DNA of 64,000 nt from Limnochordia bacterium (GCA_041687495.1 JAWLBR010000005.1:601-64600); one strand, 5' to 3'. Numbered from the stretch's first letter, positions 1 through 8,619 are shown. Made by a program: numbers and translations. Notes: generated from the sequence alone by a model not told the origin.

Positions 1-293
1 TCGTGGTTGGCCAACAGCAGTTCCAAAGCCATCTTGCGAATGTGCTGCACCCGTGGGGTAGTTGTCTTAATCTCCATACCCGGAGTAGGTGGAGTAGAAC
101 AGCCGGCCACAATCTGGCCGTTTCCCGTCTCGACCAGACACATCCGGCAGGCACCGTACACGCTCAACTCGGAATGATAGCAAAATGTGGGCAGATCAAT
201 TCCCGCTTTGCGAATGACTTCCAGCAGGTTCTTCTCTCCATTGAGTTGGACCGACTTGCCATCGATGATAATTGCTTCTTTAGCCACCGCCAC
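1..293 (-). CDS. hydA: [FeFe]-hydrogenase catalytic subunit HydA, N-terminal fragment (gene runs off the window)
   Basis: My own translation of the minus strand from GTG at 293 gives MAVAKEAIIIDGKSVQLNGEKNLLEVIRKAGIDLPTFCYHSELSVYGACRMCLVETGNGQIVAGCSTPP...LELLLANH. This is the 2Fe-2S ferredoxin-like N-domain of HydA/NuoG-type proteins. The junction with hydB is TAAGTG. The listed + ORF 3..398 is its antisense shadow. Confidence 0.75.
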   Translation of the reverse strand, partial: MAVAKEAIIIDGKSVQLNGEKNLLEVIRKAGIDLPTFCYHSELSVYGACRMCLVETGNGQIVAGCSTPPTPGMEIKTTTPRVQHIRKMALELLLANH

Positions 294-2174
294 TTAGGCC
301 ACCTCCTCAACTGCTGCGAATCGACACGCGTCTTTACAGGCTCCACACTTGATGCACTTCTCCGTGTCGATGACAAATGGCTCCTTAATCTTGCCTGAGA
401 TAGCACCAACTGGGCAGACCCGAGCACACTTGCTGCAGCCTTTGCACAGATCCGCGACGATCGTATACCGCTTCATGGACTGGCAGGCGCCGGCAGGGCA
501 GCGTTGATCCCGGACATGGGCAACGTACTCATCCCAGAAATACTCCATAGTAGTCAGGACTGGGTTTGGTGCTGTTTTGCCCAAGCCGCACAAAGAACCG
601 TCCTTGACTGCTTGACCGATATCCTTCAGAGCTTGCAGATCGTCTTCCACGCCTTCTCCATTGACGATTCGCTCCAAAATCTCCAGCATCCGCTTGGTAC
701 CTTCTCGGCACAAGACACACTTGCCGCAAGATTCATTTTGCGTAAAGTTCATAAAGAACCGAGCCACTTCAACCATACAGGTGCTCTCATCCATCACGAC
801 CAAGCCACCGGAACCGATCATGGCGCCAGCCTTTTGCAGCGAATCGAAGTCCAACGGTAGATCCAGGTGCTCACTGGTCAGACATCCACCCGATGGGCCG
901 CCGATCTGAACGGCCTTAAACGTACCGTTGTTCCGCAAACCTCCGCCGATATCAAACACGATCTCCCGCAGGGTCAGGCCCATGGGGACCTCAATCAAGC
1001 CGGTGTTTGCAACTGCACCGGTGATGGCAAAGGTCTTGGTACCGCTGCTGGTTGCCGAGCCGATGTTCTTGAACCACTCAGCCCCCGAGACCATAATCCG
1101 AGGCACGTTGGCGAAGGTCTCCACATTGTTAATCAGGGTCGGACATCCCCACAGTCCTTTCTGGGCAGGAAACGGCGGCTTCGGCCGCGGCATTCCTCGC
1201 TTGCCCTCAATTGAGGCGATCAAGGCACTCTCTTCTCCGCAGACAAACGCTCCGGCACCCTCTTTGATCTTGATGGTGAAGTTGAAGCCGCTGCCTAGGA
1301 TGTTCTCTCCCAACAGTCCGTATGCCTTGGCATCCACTAAAGCACGGCGCAGCCGCTGTACAGCCAAGGGGTATTCAGCCCGAACATAGATGTAACCCTC
1401 AGTGGCTCCAACAGCGTATCCGGCAATGAGCATCCCCTCAATGACTCTATGGGGGTCTCCCTCCATCATACTGCGATCCATGAATGCTCCTGGGTCACCC
1501 TCATCTCCGTTGCAGACAACGTATTTCTTTTCGCCTTCAGCGATTCGAGTCAACTCCCACTTCCGCCCAGTGGGGAATCCGCCGCCACCCCGACCGCGCA
1601 AGCCTGACTCTAGTACTTCTTGACACACTTCCGCGGAAGACTTCTCGAGGGTGACTGCTAATCCCTCATATCCTCCGTTGGCAATGTAGTCCTCAACGGA
1701 ATCTGGGTCAATGTGGCCGCAGTTGGCCAGCGCAACTCGTTGCTGCCGACTATAGAAGGGAATCTCAGACTCCTTGGCGTAGATTTCCTCAGTCACCGGA
1801 TGACGATAGAGCAGACGCTCCACAACCCCTTTACTGGCCAGGGCCTCCATAATTTCGGTGGCGTCCTCAACCTTAACCTTGGTATAGAGAATTCCCTCCG
1901 GTTCAATTCGGACCAAGGGTCCCATCTCGCAAAAGCCATGACACCCACTCTTTTTGACTGCCACAGAGTCATCATGGGGCACTTCATCTTCGAGCTTAAC
2001 AACTACCGGTAAACCGTGTTCGGCAGCAGCACTAACCAACGCCTCATACACGTCAAGGGAGCCGCCGGCGACACACCCAGTACCGGCACAAACTAAGATA
2101 GTAGCTGCCGGAGTTTCGTTGACTTCTTTGTGCTTGCGGGCCAGCTCCAGAAGCTGTTCCTTATTTTGCAGCAT
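294..2174 (-). CDS. hydB: NADH-binding FMN/FeS subunit of electron-bifurcating [FeFe] hydrogenase (NuoF-like, HydB/HndC)
   Basis: 626 aa. It has a thioredoxin-like 2Fe-2S N-domain, GGGGFPTGRKWE (NuoF FMN/NADH site), ESCGKCVLCREG (N3 cluster) and two C-terminal CxxCxxCxxxCP ferredoxin motifs. Confidence 0.92.
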   Translation of the reverse strand: MLQNKEQLLELARKHKEVNETPAATILVCAGTGCVAGGSLDVYEALVSAAAEHGLPVVVKLEDEVPHDDSVAVKKSGCHGFCEMGPLVRIEPEGILYTKVKVEDATEIMEALASKGVVERLLYRHPVTEEIYAKESEIPFYSRQQRVALANCGHIDPDSVEDYIANGGYEGLAVTLEKSSAEVCQEVLESGLRGRGGGGFPTGRKWELTRIAEGEKKYVVCNGDEGDPGAFMDRSMMEGDPHRVIEGMLIAGYAVGATEGYIYVRAEYPLAVQRLRRALVDAKAYGLLGENILGSGFNFTIKIKEGAGAFVCGEESALIASIEGKRGMPRPKPPFPAQKGLWGCPTLINNVETFANVPRIMVSGAEWFKNIGSATSSGTKTFAITGAVANTGLIEVPMGLTLREIVFDIGGGLRNNGTFKAVQIGGPSGGCLTSEHLDLPLDFDSLQKAGAMIGSGGLVVMDESTCMVEVARFFMNFTQNESCGKCVLCREGTKRMLEILERIVNGEGVEDDLQALKDIGQAVKDGSLCGLGKTAPNPVLTTMEYFWDEYVAHVRDQRCPAGACQSMKRYTIVADLCKGCSKCARVCPVGAISGKIKEPFVIDTEKCIKCGACKDACRFAAVEEVA

Positions 2175-2727
2175 CGGTATCCTCCTCCCGCTGTTCTAAG
2201 GTATCGATGATCGTCAGGATGGCCTCTGGTGTCATCTGGCCATACACTTTGTCATTAATCATGACTACAGGAGCCAAACCGCAAGCTCCCAGACAGGATA
2301 CAGTCTCCACGGTGTACTGCATATCTTCGGTTGTCTTCACTGCCTTTTCGGCTAGTCCAACCCGTTTCCGGATGGCATCATACACTGGCATCGATCCCCG
2401 CACGTGGCAGGCAGTACCGTCACACACTTTAATCACGTACTTACCCTTAGGATCTAGAGAAAACTGAGCGTAGAATGTCGCTACTCCAAAAACAGTAGCA
2501 GGTGATAGATCCATGACCGTGGCGATATAGGTCAGAATCTCTTCCGGCAGATACCGGTACTCTTCCTGTACCGCCTGGAGGATCGGGATTAACGCAGCCT
2601 CTGCTGTTCCATGCTCTGCGATAATCTCATTGACCCGTTGAAACTGCCGGGAAGGTCCCTGCAATGGTTGATCTTTGGCCCCTTGAGTGTCGGTGACTGG
2701 TGTGTCGACCCGGTTAACCTCAGTCAT
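2161..2727 (-). CDS. hydC: NuoE-like [2Fe-2S] subunit of bifurcating hydrogenase (HydC/HndA)
   Basis: 188 aa with the CDGTACHVRG ... SCLGACGLAP thioredoxin-like 2Fe-2S pattern. It overlaps the hydB start by 14 nt. Confidence 0.9.
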   Translation of the reverse strand: MTEVNRVDTPVTDTQGAKDQPLQGPSRQFQRVNEIIAEHGTAEAALIPILQAVQEEYRYLPEEILTYIATVMDLSPATVFGVATFYAQFSLDPKGKYVIKVCDGTACHVRGSMPVYDAIRKRVGLAEKAVKTTEDMQYTVETVSCLGACGLAPVVMINDKVYGQMTPEAILTIIDTLEQREEDTDAAK

Positions 2728-2744
2728 AAGAGCTTACCCCTCTC

Positions 2745-3914
2745 CTAGAAGTGGTGCACAACGACTTTTTTGCCCATACCCAACAGGTGCGCTGCCAGGT
2801 CCGAAATGACCTGTTGTTTCAGCGCCAGCTCCTGGGGCAAATCAGGATTCTGATGGGCTGGATTGATGGCCCTGCCTACCAGAAAACATATATCATCAGC
2901 CTCTAAGAGCATCTGACTCAGCCTCGTGGCGCCGTCAGCCTTGTCTGCAGCCTGCAGAGGCGGTTCTTTCCGCCGCAGTTGTGCCAAGGCCCGTGACACA
3001 GTGATAATCCCCTCTGTCACTAGGTTGAGTCCTTGAATCCTGCCCATAGGAGGCACATTATCGGATAAGTTATCAAGATCTACAGTGAGCTCCCGGTTTA
3101 GCTGTCTAGCCACAATGGAGGCAGTGGTACCACCGCACACAGCCTTCTTTCCCGGACGCTCCATCAGGGTATTGACCAAAACCCCATCGTCTCTAGGGTC
3201 CTGCGGCGGTCCGATGGCCACAGTTAGGTGGCGAGGCAGTCTTACCCTCAGAGCCACCACCGACGCATCATCACCTGGGCGACCGGCATATAGATCGCTG
3301 CAGGTCTCCAGCAAGCATCCACCGATAGTTTCCGCAGTCGGGTCAGCTTGAGCTTGCCGTTCTAGGTACTGGGCAATATGCGGCCATTGCCAGCCCAGGT
3401 TGAGTACGGCTCCGACTCCTGCATGTTCTACGCCATCGGAGACAGCAACCAAGTAATCGCCATTCTCGACAATGAAGTGAGCCTCCTGAACCGTTCGCCC
3501 GGCTATTTGACGGGAGTGCCGAGGAATCTCAGTGACCCTCTTGTTATGAAGATAAAAAACTGCGGGATTATCAAATTCGGCCAAGTACACTTTCCCGTCC
3601 TCAAACACCTGAATAATAGTAAATGTCGCATAAGCCAGGTTGCGAATCCGACACACCGGAAGTGTCCTACCTACCGTCTCAACTACTTCATCAATGCTAG
3701 CGCCGTTCTCCAGCATGGTAACGGCGATCTTCCCTGTCAATGTCGCCAGAATGTTGGCTTTCACGCCACTTCCCAGACCATCAGACAAAACCGCTGTCAC
3801 ATGACCCGGACCGTTAATCAGAATAACGCGGTCTCCACAGAGCTCTTCTCCAGCTTTGTTTAGACTGCGGGCAGAGGTCTCAATTAGGTATCTCATAGCA
3901 TCCGCCTCCGTCAA
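2745..3914 (-). CDS. PP2C/SpoIIE-family serine phosphatase (HfsC-like, hydrogenase-sensor associated)
   Basis: 389 aa with ELCGDRV, LSDGLGSGVKA and VSDGVEHAG, which are PP2C/SpoIIE metal-binding Asp motifs. Its start overlaps the stop of the upstream sensory hydrogenase gene. Confidence 0.85.
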   Translation of the reverse strand: MTEADAMRYLIETSARSLNKAGEELCGDRVILINGPGHVTAVLSDGLGSGVKANILATLTGKIAVTMLENGASIDEVVETVGRTLPVCRIRNLAYATFTIIQVFEDGKVYLAEFDNPAVFYLHNKRVTEIPRHSRQIAGRTVQEAHFIVENGDYLVAVSDGVEHAGVGAVLNLGWQWPHIAQYLERQAQADPTAETIGGCLLETCSDLYAGRPGDDASVVALRVRLPRHLTVAIGPPQDPRDDGVLVNTLMERPGKKAVCGGTTASIVARQLNRELTVDLDNLSDNVPPMGRIQGLNLVTEGIITVSRALAQLRRKEPPLQAADKADGATRLSQMLLEADDICFLVGRAINPAHQNPDLPQELALKQQVISDLAAHLLGMGKKVVVHHF

Positions 3915-5635
3915 GTCCCGCTTTTGTTAGCCTCAACATCCTCCTGCATTAGCCTGATTAATTTGCTGAGGAGCACTTTCGTTTCGGCAGTCGTCTCTCC
4001 CAGTAGACCCGCGATCTCCTGAGCCACTCGCATTTGCTTATCAATTACCTGCTGTGCCCTGGTGAGGGTGGTCTCCTTGAGCTGATTCAGCTCCTGCCGC
4101 CGTTTGGCATCTGCAGTAACATCAATAAAGATCCCCAGAACTAAGTTCTGATCTGAAACGTGCAGTAGGTACTGCCTAGTGTGCAACTTGTATTGCTCAT
4201 AGACCTCATCAGCTATCAGCAGCTTTCCAGTCCGAATAGCTGCGACAAAGTGGTCATCTGGCATCAGGTCTGTCACTGCTCGACCGGCTAAGCTTTGCGA
4301 GCTCCTACCAAACATCCGCTCCGCTGCCGGATTCAAGAACAGGACTCGCAGATTGGTATCCGCGGCGACGATGGCATTGGGTGTAGCCTCCAGGATGACG
4401 CTCGCCATCGATTCCGCCCTGGCCCGCATGTACGGAATACACATCTGAGCCTCAGCCGCACCGTTGTAGACAGCTACCGCTTTTTCGCGGCATGTCTCAT
4501 AGCCGCAAGCACCACAGTTAAGCTCGTCTTCCACCTTGCGCTTCCCAATCTGAACTAGGATGCTGCGAATCTCTTCTTCGGAAGGATCCCGCCACGGCAC
4601 CGGGACCGCCTTGAATCCTCTTAGCAGATCGCCGACTCCAGAAACAATCTTGGGTGATCCCTCAGCCGGAGTCTTAAGCGCATGCAACATGCTGAGCCTA
4701 CGTCCGAGTTCAGTGGATCGGTCGGGCATCAAAGGACCGTTCACACATCCGCCGGGACAAGCAAACATCTCCAGAACCACCCGTTCGCTGGTCTTGCTGT
4801 GCCGCTGCGTCAATTCCGTCAGCACTTCCTGACACGAATCGGTACCGGAAACAGTGAGGACTGGTATCGGAGGCAGCTCCCCCTTGCCCTTGACCGCTTC
4901 GCCCAATCCACCCTCCAGCGGAAACCGCCGAGAAGCTTCGGGAGCCTCGATCAGTTGGTCAGCGGGACATTGTTCCCACTCAATGCCAACTTCAGCCGCC
5001 CAGTCGACAATCTCCTGAAAGGATAAAACTCCTGACACCACCCCGCCCAGGCCCGTATCTCCAGCCTCAGCCTTTTTGGCCAGGCAGGGTCCGATGAAGA
5101 CGACCTTCGTCGTTGACCCATACTGGGCTTTTATCGCCCTGGCGTGTGCCACCATTGGAGAAACCACCGGTGCCAGCCAATCGACCAACTTCGGAAAGTG
5201 TTTTTCCACCAAAGACACAACCGCCGGGCAGCTGCTGGATATCACCGGATGGTCGACCTTTGCCCCGTAGAGAAAGTGCTGCTCTGCCACTGGTTCAGCC
5301 GCTTCGGCTGTGCTGCGTACCTGGGCAAATCCCAGCGCGCGGAGCACCCCTCCCAGACGAGCAGCTTTCGCCTTGCCGTATGCGGCCAAATACGAAGGTG
5401 CAACGCTGGCAATAACCGAATGGCCTGCAGCTATCAGCTGCCTGACTTCAGGCAGGTCTGTTGCCGACTGTTTAGCCTGTTGCGGGCAAACCGCTATACA
5501 AGAGCCGTCAAGGATACATGCTTCTTCCCAAATCTGAGCATGGTTATCAGTGACACGAATCGCTTTCACAGGGCAGGCTCTGAGACATTTGTAACAATCT
5601 CGACACTGAGCTGGACTAGTCCACAGGATACTCAT
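3911..5635 (-). CDS. Sensory [FeFe] hydrogenase-like protein with C-terminal PAS domain (HydS/HfsB type)
   Basis: 574 aa. It has an N-terminal 2x[4Fe-4S] ferredoxin domain and H-cluster motifs SSSCPAV, GPCLAKKAE and FACPGGCVNGP. It also has an extra CGACGYETC cluster and a PAS-like tail (ILEATPNAIVAADTNLRVLFLNPAAERMFG). ATGA overlap with the upstream gene. Confidence 0.85.
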   Translation of the reverse strand: MSILWTSPAQCRDCYKCLRACPVKAIRVTDNHAQIWEEACILDGSCIAVCPQQAKQSATDLPEVRQLIAAGHSVIASVAPSYLAAYGKAKAARLGGVLRALGFAQVRSTAEAAEPVAEQHFLYGAKVDHPVISSSCPAVVSLVEKHFPKLVDWLAPVVSPMVAHARAIKAQYGSTTKVVFIGPCLAKKAEAGDTGLGGVVSGVLSFQEIVDWAAEVGIEWEQCPADQLIEAPEASRRFPLEGGLGEAVKGKGELPPIPVLTVSGTDSCQEVLTELTQRHSKTSERVVLEMFACPGGCVNGPLMPDRSTELGRRLSMLHALKTPAEGSPKIVSGVGDLLRGFKAVPVPWRDPSEEEIRSILVQIGKRKVEDELNCGACGYETCREKAVAVYNGAAEAQMCIPYMRARAESMASVILEATPNAIVAADTNLRVLFLNPAAERMFGRSSQSLAGRAVTDLMPDDHFVAAIRTGKLLIADEVYEQYKLHTRQYLLHVSDQNLVLGIFIDVTADAKRRQELNQLKETTLTRAQQVIDKQMRVAQEIAGLLGETTAETKVLLSKLIRLMQEDVEANKSGT

Positions 5636-5886
5636 GTCCGTCCCACCTTAGGCAAAACCTGACTATTGAACAGCAACGCCACATTTTCTGGATCCACCCC
5701 GGGACAGGAAGCGCCGTCCACCTTGACCGCCACAGGCTCGGTGCAAGTCCCCTGACAGAAGACGCCTTTCAGCTCTACCTCGTGCTCTAGCCGATTTTCC
5801 CGAATCAGGGACTGCAGCTTCTGAATCACAGCCGTCGACCCATGCAGATGACACGAACTACCTACACACACTGAAATGGTAATCAT
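5632..5886 (-). CDS. Small thioredoxin-like [2Fe-2S] ferredoxin-domain protein (HfsA-like)
   Basis: MITISVCVGSSCHLHGS...FCQGTCTEPVAV. The listed ORF extends to 5967. I chose the start at 5886 because GAGG lies 9 nt upstream of that ATG; 5895 is an alternative. Confidence 0.7.
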   Translation of the reverse strand: MITISVCVGSSCHLHGSTAVIQKLQSLIRENRLEHEVELKGVFCQGTCTEPVAVKVDGASCPGVDPENVALLFNSQVLPKVGRT

Positions 5887-5938
5887 CGGTGACATCCTCT
5901 TTTCTGCGCAGAAAGAGTTTGTTCGTTTTTTCACAGTC

Positions 5939-5969
5939 AGTATAGCACATTGTGCGGAATGGCACAATG
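5939..5969 (-). promoter_or_regulatory. Sigma-A-type promoter of the hfs-hyd operon overlapped by a Rex-like palindrome
   Basis: The minus strand reads TTGTGC-17 nt-TATACT. The perfect inverted repeat CATTGTGC-N6-GCACAATG (5948..5969) equals TTGTG-N8-CACAA, the core spacing of Rex operators. Confidence 0.5.
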
Positions 5970-6001
5970 ATCTTTACAAGAACTTCATGATTAAGGCTAC
6001 C

Positions 6002-6030
6002 TTGACAGCCTTTGGCATTGGTGGTATTCT
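6002..6030 (+). promoter_or_regulatory. Promoter for S-box/metY
   Basis: TTGACA (6002..6007), a 17-nt spacer and TATTCT (6025..6030). Confidence 0.6.
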
Positions 6031-6081
6031 AACTTCACCACAGATCGCTGCAGCATTAGGTAGCGGCGTCCATATGATTAA

Positions 6082-6178
6082 TCCTTATCAAGAGTGGCGG
6101 AGGGACAGGCCCGATGAAGCCCGGCAACCGGCGAATGCCAAGGTGCCAAATCCTGCAGGAAGTCCTGGAAGATGAGGG
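6082..6178 (+). promoter_or_regulatory. SAM-I (S-box) riboswitch
   Basis: TCCTTATCAAGAGTGGCGGAGGGACAGGCCCGATGAAGCCCGGCAACC...GGTGCCAAATCCTGCAGG...GATGAGGG matches the S-box core almost base for base. P1 is formed by 6082..6089 pairing with 6171..6178. Confidence 0.93.
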
Positions 6179-6190
6179 GATGAGCACACA

Positions 6191-6222
6191 AAGGCCTCTT
6201 CTTTCGAAGAGGCCTTTTCGTT
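6191..6222 (+). terminator. Intrinsic terminator (S-box expression platform)
   Basis: AAGGCCTCTTC-TTTC-GAAGAGGCCTT followed by TTCGTT. It lies between the aptamer and the metY RBS. Confidence 0.85.
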
Positions 6223-6245
6223 ACCAAGAATAGGAGTGATGAGCC

Positions 6246-7511
6246 ATGAGCAAGTTCAGACTCGAGACCCTCGCTGTGCACGGAGCTAGTCCAGATCCAA
6301 CTACCGGCGCCGATGCTCCACCAATCTATCAGACAGCAGGTTTTGCCTTTAAGGACTCACAGCATGCCAGCGCACTGTTTAATCTCGAGCAGACGGGAGA
6401 TATCTACTCCCGGATCAGCAACCCAACCGTTGCCGTTTTCGAGCAGCAGATGGCAGCGCTGGAGGGTGGCGTGGGAGCATTGGCTGCTGCTTCAGGTCAG
6501 GCCGCTGAGTTCATTGCCATCAGCACCATAGCTGGTGCAGGTGATGAGATCGTGTCAGCCTCCAGCCTCTACGGCGGTACATACACGTTATTTAGCATCA
6601 CGCTAAAAAGGCTGGGAATTGATGTGAAGTTTGTCGAGGGCGTTAATCCCGAGGCCTTCGCAGCTGCCATCGGTCCAAGAACTAAGGCCCTGTACGCAGA
6701 GACCATCGGCAACCCTAAGCTGGATGTACTTAACATCTCTCGGGTAGCCGAGATCGCCCATGAGGCCAATATCCCGCTAATAGTAGACAACACTTTTGCT
6801 ACCCCGTACCTGTGTCGTCCCATCGAGTTAGGAGCTGATATAGTCATCCACTCAGCTACCAAATGGATTGGCGGTCATGGTACCTCCATCGGTGGAGTCG
6901 TCGTGGACGGCGGTAAGTTCAACTGGGCCAGCGGAAAGTTCCCCGAGCTAACTGAACCGGATCCCGGGTATCATGGAATTAGTTTCGTGGACCATTTTCG
7001 GGAAAAGGCTTTCATTGCAAAAGCGCGGACCGGAGCGCTGAGGGATATGGGCAGCTGCCTTAGTCCTTTCAACGCATTCCTCTTTCTGCAGGGACTGCAA
7101 ACGCTGGCCATCAGAATGGAAAGACACAGTGAGAATGCGCTGGAAATCGCTCAGCGGCTGCAGGCCCACCCTAGAATCAGCTGGGTGAATTACCCTGGCT
7201 TGCCCACCCACCCGGACCATGAACTGGCGGCCCAGCAGCTTTCCGGAGGCTTCGGAGGGATGATCACTTTCGGGGTTCAAGGCGGTCTGGAGACAGGCGC
7301 CGGATTTGTGGATAACCTTAGACTGATCGCCCACCTTGCCAACGTCGGCGATACCAAGTCTTTGGTAATCCACCCGGCCAGCACCACCCATCGTCAGTTG
7401 ACTAGCCAGCAACGGGCCGCAGCAGGTGTCCCCGACGACCTCATCCGGCTATCTGTAGGCATCGAAGCCGTCGACGATATCTGGGCTGACCTGGAACAGG
7501 CCCTAAGCTAA
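6246..7511 (+). CDS. metY: O-acetylhomoserine sulfhydrylase (aminocarboxypropyltransferase), PLP-dependent
   Basis: 421 aa with the HSATKWIGGHG PLP-lysine motif and a Cys/Met-metabolism PLP family signature throughout. The S-box upstream supports this call. Confidence 0.92.
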   Translation: MSKFRLETLAVHGASPDPTTGADAPPIYQTAGFAFKDSQHASALFNLEQTGDIYSRISNPTVAVFEQQMAALEGGVGALAAASGQAAEFIAISTIAGAGDEIVSASSLYGGTYTLFSITLKRLGIDVKFVEGVNPEAFAAAIGPRTKALYAETIGNPKLDVLNISRVAEIAHEANIPLIVDNTFATPYLCRPIELGADIVIHSATKWIGGHGTSIGGVVVDGGKFNWASGKFPELTEPDPGYHGISFVDHFREKAFIAKARTGALRDMGSCLSPFNAFLFLQGLQTLAIRMERHSENALEIAQRLQAHPRISWVNYPGLPTHPDHELAAQQLSGGFGGMITFGVQGGLETGAGFVDNLRLIAHLANVGDTKSLVIHPASTTHRQLTSQQRAAAGVPDDLIRLSVGIEAVDDIWADLEQALS

Positions 7512-7527
7512 ATACTCACCGATACAT

Positions 7528-7558
7528 GAAAAGGCCTCCCAATGGGGGCCTTTTCCTC
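7528..7558. terminator. Bidirectional hairpin terminator between metY and the ferredoxin gene
   Basis: AAAAGGCCTCCC-AAT-GGGGGCCTTTT, with an A-run before and a T-run after. Confidence 0.8.
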
Positions 7559-7565
7559 TTGTTAG

Positions 7566-7754
7566 CTACGCTTCCTGAATGGCGTCGGTGGGACACCCTT
7601 CCATCGCCTCATTGGCGCAATCCTCTTGATCCTCAGGAACCACTTCGACTTGAGCATCGGCCTTGCCGTCATCATTCCAGTCAAATATGTCCGGGCACGT
7701 CTCTACACATAGGCCACAGCTGATACACAAATCTTGATCCACGATCACCTTCAC
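7566..7754 (-). CDS. fdx: Small single-cluster [4Fe-4S] ferredoxin
   Basis: 62 aa, MKVIVDQDLCISCGLCVETCP...CANEAMEGCPTDAI. GTG start with AAGGTGGGGG 7 nt upstream. Confidence 0.9.
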   Translation of the reverse strand: MKVIVDQDLCISCGLCVETCPDIFDWNDDGKADAQVEVVPEDQEDCANEAMEGCPTDAIQEA

Positions 7755-7845
7755 TTAAGTACCCCCACCTTCCGGTTTGAAGTCAATACTCTCAGGGATA
7801 TTGTACCCAATTATGTCTCGGATAACCTACCTCAAATGAAGAGAA

Positions 7846-7880
7846 AAAACCCCTCGCCGCAAGCGCAACGAGGGGCAAAA
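7846..7880 (-). terminator. Intrinsic terminator downstream of rnpB
   Basis: The minus strand reads GCCCCTCGTTGCGCTTGCGGCGAGGGG followed by TTTTTT. Confidence 0.8.
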
Positions 7881-7896
7881 ATCAAGAGAACAGTTT

Positions 7897-8248
7897 AAGT
7901 TTGCCTATAAGCGGGATTCTGTCATTGAAGGCAATCATCTATCTTGGGCTGCGAGCCTTTGGTCACCCATGGCTCACACCCACCCCCTACAAAGGGGTGC
8001 CGCTACCATAATTTGCGTTGCTGGCTGGAGGGGCTTTCCGCGTTTCATCTGCCGTGTTACCACAGCAGCTCGTCTCTGTGGAGCGTTTATGGCTACTCAT
8101 AGCCCGGTAGGCTACTTTGGCCGCCGTCAGGTCACCCTGCCATAGCTTGCGCTATGCACCAACTTCATGCCGTGCGGCATGGCCAGTCCCGACTTTCCTC
8201 TAGTTCGGTGCACAAGTGCACTTGAACCAGCGATTGCCCAGCAAACTT
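7897..8248 (-). ncRNA. rnpB: RNase P RNA, type B (Firmicute type)
   Basis: The reverse complement contains GGGCAATCGCTG, TAGAGGAAAGTCGGGAC, CTGACGGCGGCCAAAGTAGCCTAC, CCACAGAGACGA, AACGCGGAAAGCCCCTCCAGCCAGCAACGCAAATTATGGTAGCGG, AGATAGATGATTGCC and ACAGAATCCCGCTTATAGG. P1 is AAGTTTGC pairing with GCAAACTT at the two ends. These blocks parallel the Bacillus subtilis rnpB sequence as I remember it. Confidence 0.9.
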
Positions 8249-8273
8249 AATCTATCTCTTTGATTGCACAATA

Positions 8274-8349
<76 letters not shown>

Positions 8350-8363
8350 ACTGTGAATATAAG

Positions 8364-8439
8364 TGGCAGGGGAGACAGGACTTGAACCCGCAACCCTCGG
8401 TTTTGGAGACCGATGCTCTACCAATTGAGCCACTCCCCT
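8364..8439 (-). tRNA. tRNA-Trp (anticodon CCA)
   Basis: Acceptor AGGGGAG/CTCCCCT, anticodon stem TCGGT/ACCGA with loop CTCCAAA, T-loop TTCAAGT, and an encoded CCA. 76 nt, ending 14 nt upstream of tRNA-Thr. Confidence 0.9.
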
Positions 8440-8476
8440 GCGCTTACGGTGCGGCATCGCCTCACCGACAAGTGCT

Positions 8477-8505
8477 ATTATACCGCACAGTCATACCAAA
8501 GGCAA
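8477..8505 (-). promoter_or_regulatory. Promoter of the tRNA-Trp/tRNA-Thr/rnpB unit
   Basis: The minus strand reads TTGCCT-17 nt-TATAAT, about 35 nt upstream of the tRNA-Trp 5' end. Confidence 0.65.
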
Positions 8506-8563
8506 TGGCATTTGGCACCTTGATGGCCAAGATGTGGTCATACCTGACTCGGTCACCGCTGAG

Positions 8564-8619
8564 TTATCCACAGGTTGGGGAAAACTTTGTGGACAACTCT
8601 GTGGACATGCTGTGGGTAC
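8564..8619. promoter_or_regulatory. DnaA-box cluster (four boxes)
   Basis: TTATCCACA at 8564..8572 is a perfect box. Three boxes lie on the opposite strand: TGTGGACAA at 8588 (rc TTGTCCACA, 1 mismatch), TGTGGACAT at 8600 (2 mismatches) and TGTGGGTAC at 8611 (2 mismatches). They are spaced 12 and 11 bp apart. Confidence 0.6.

Noticed and set aside
3-398. Listed + strand ORF of 131 aa at the window start
   Set aside because: It is the antisense shadow of the hydA N-terminus and the hydB C-terminus. The minus-strand translation gives a clear 2Fe-2S ferredoxin-like domain.
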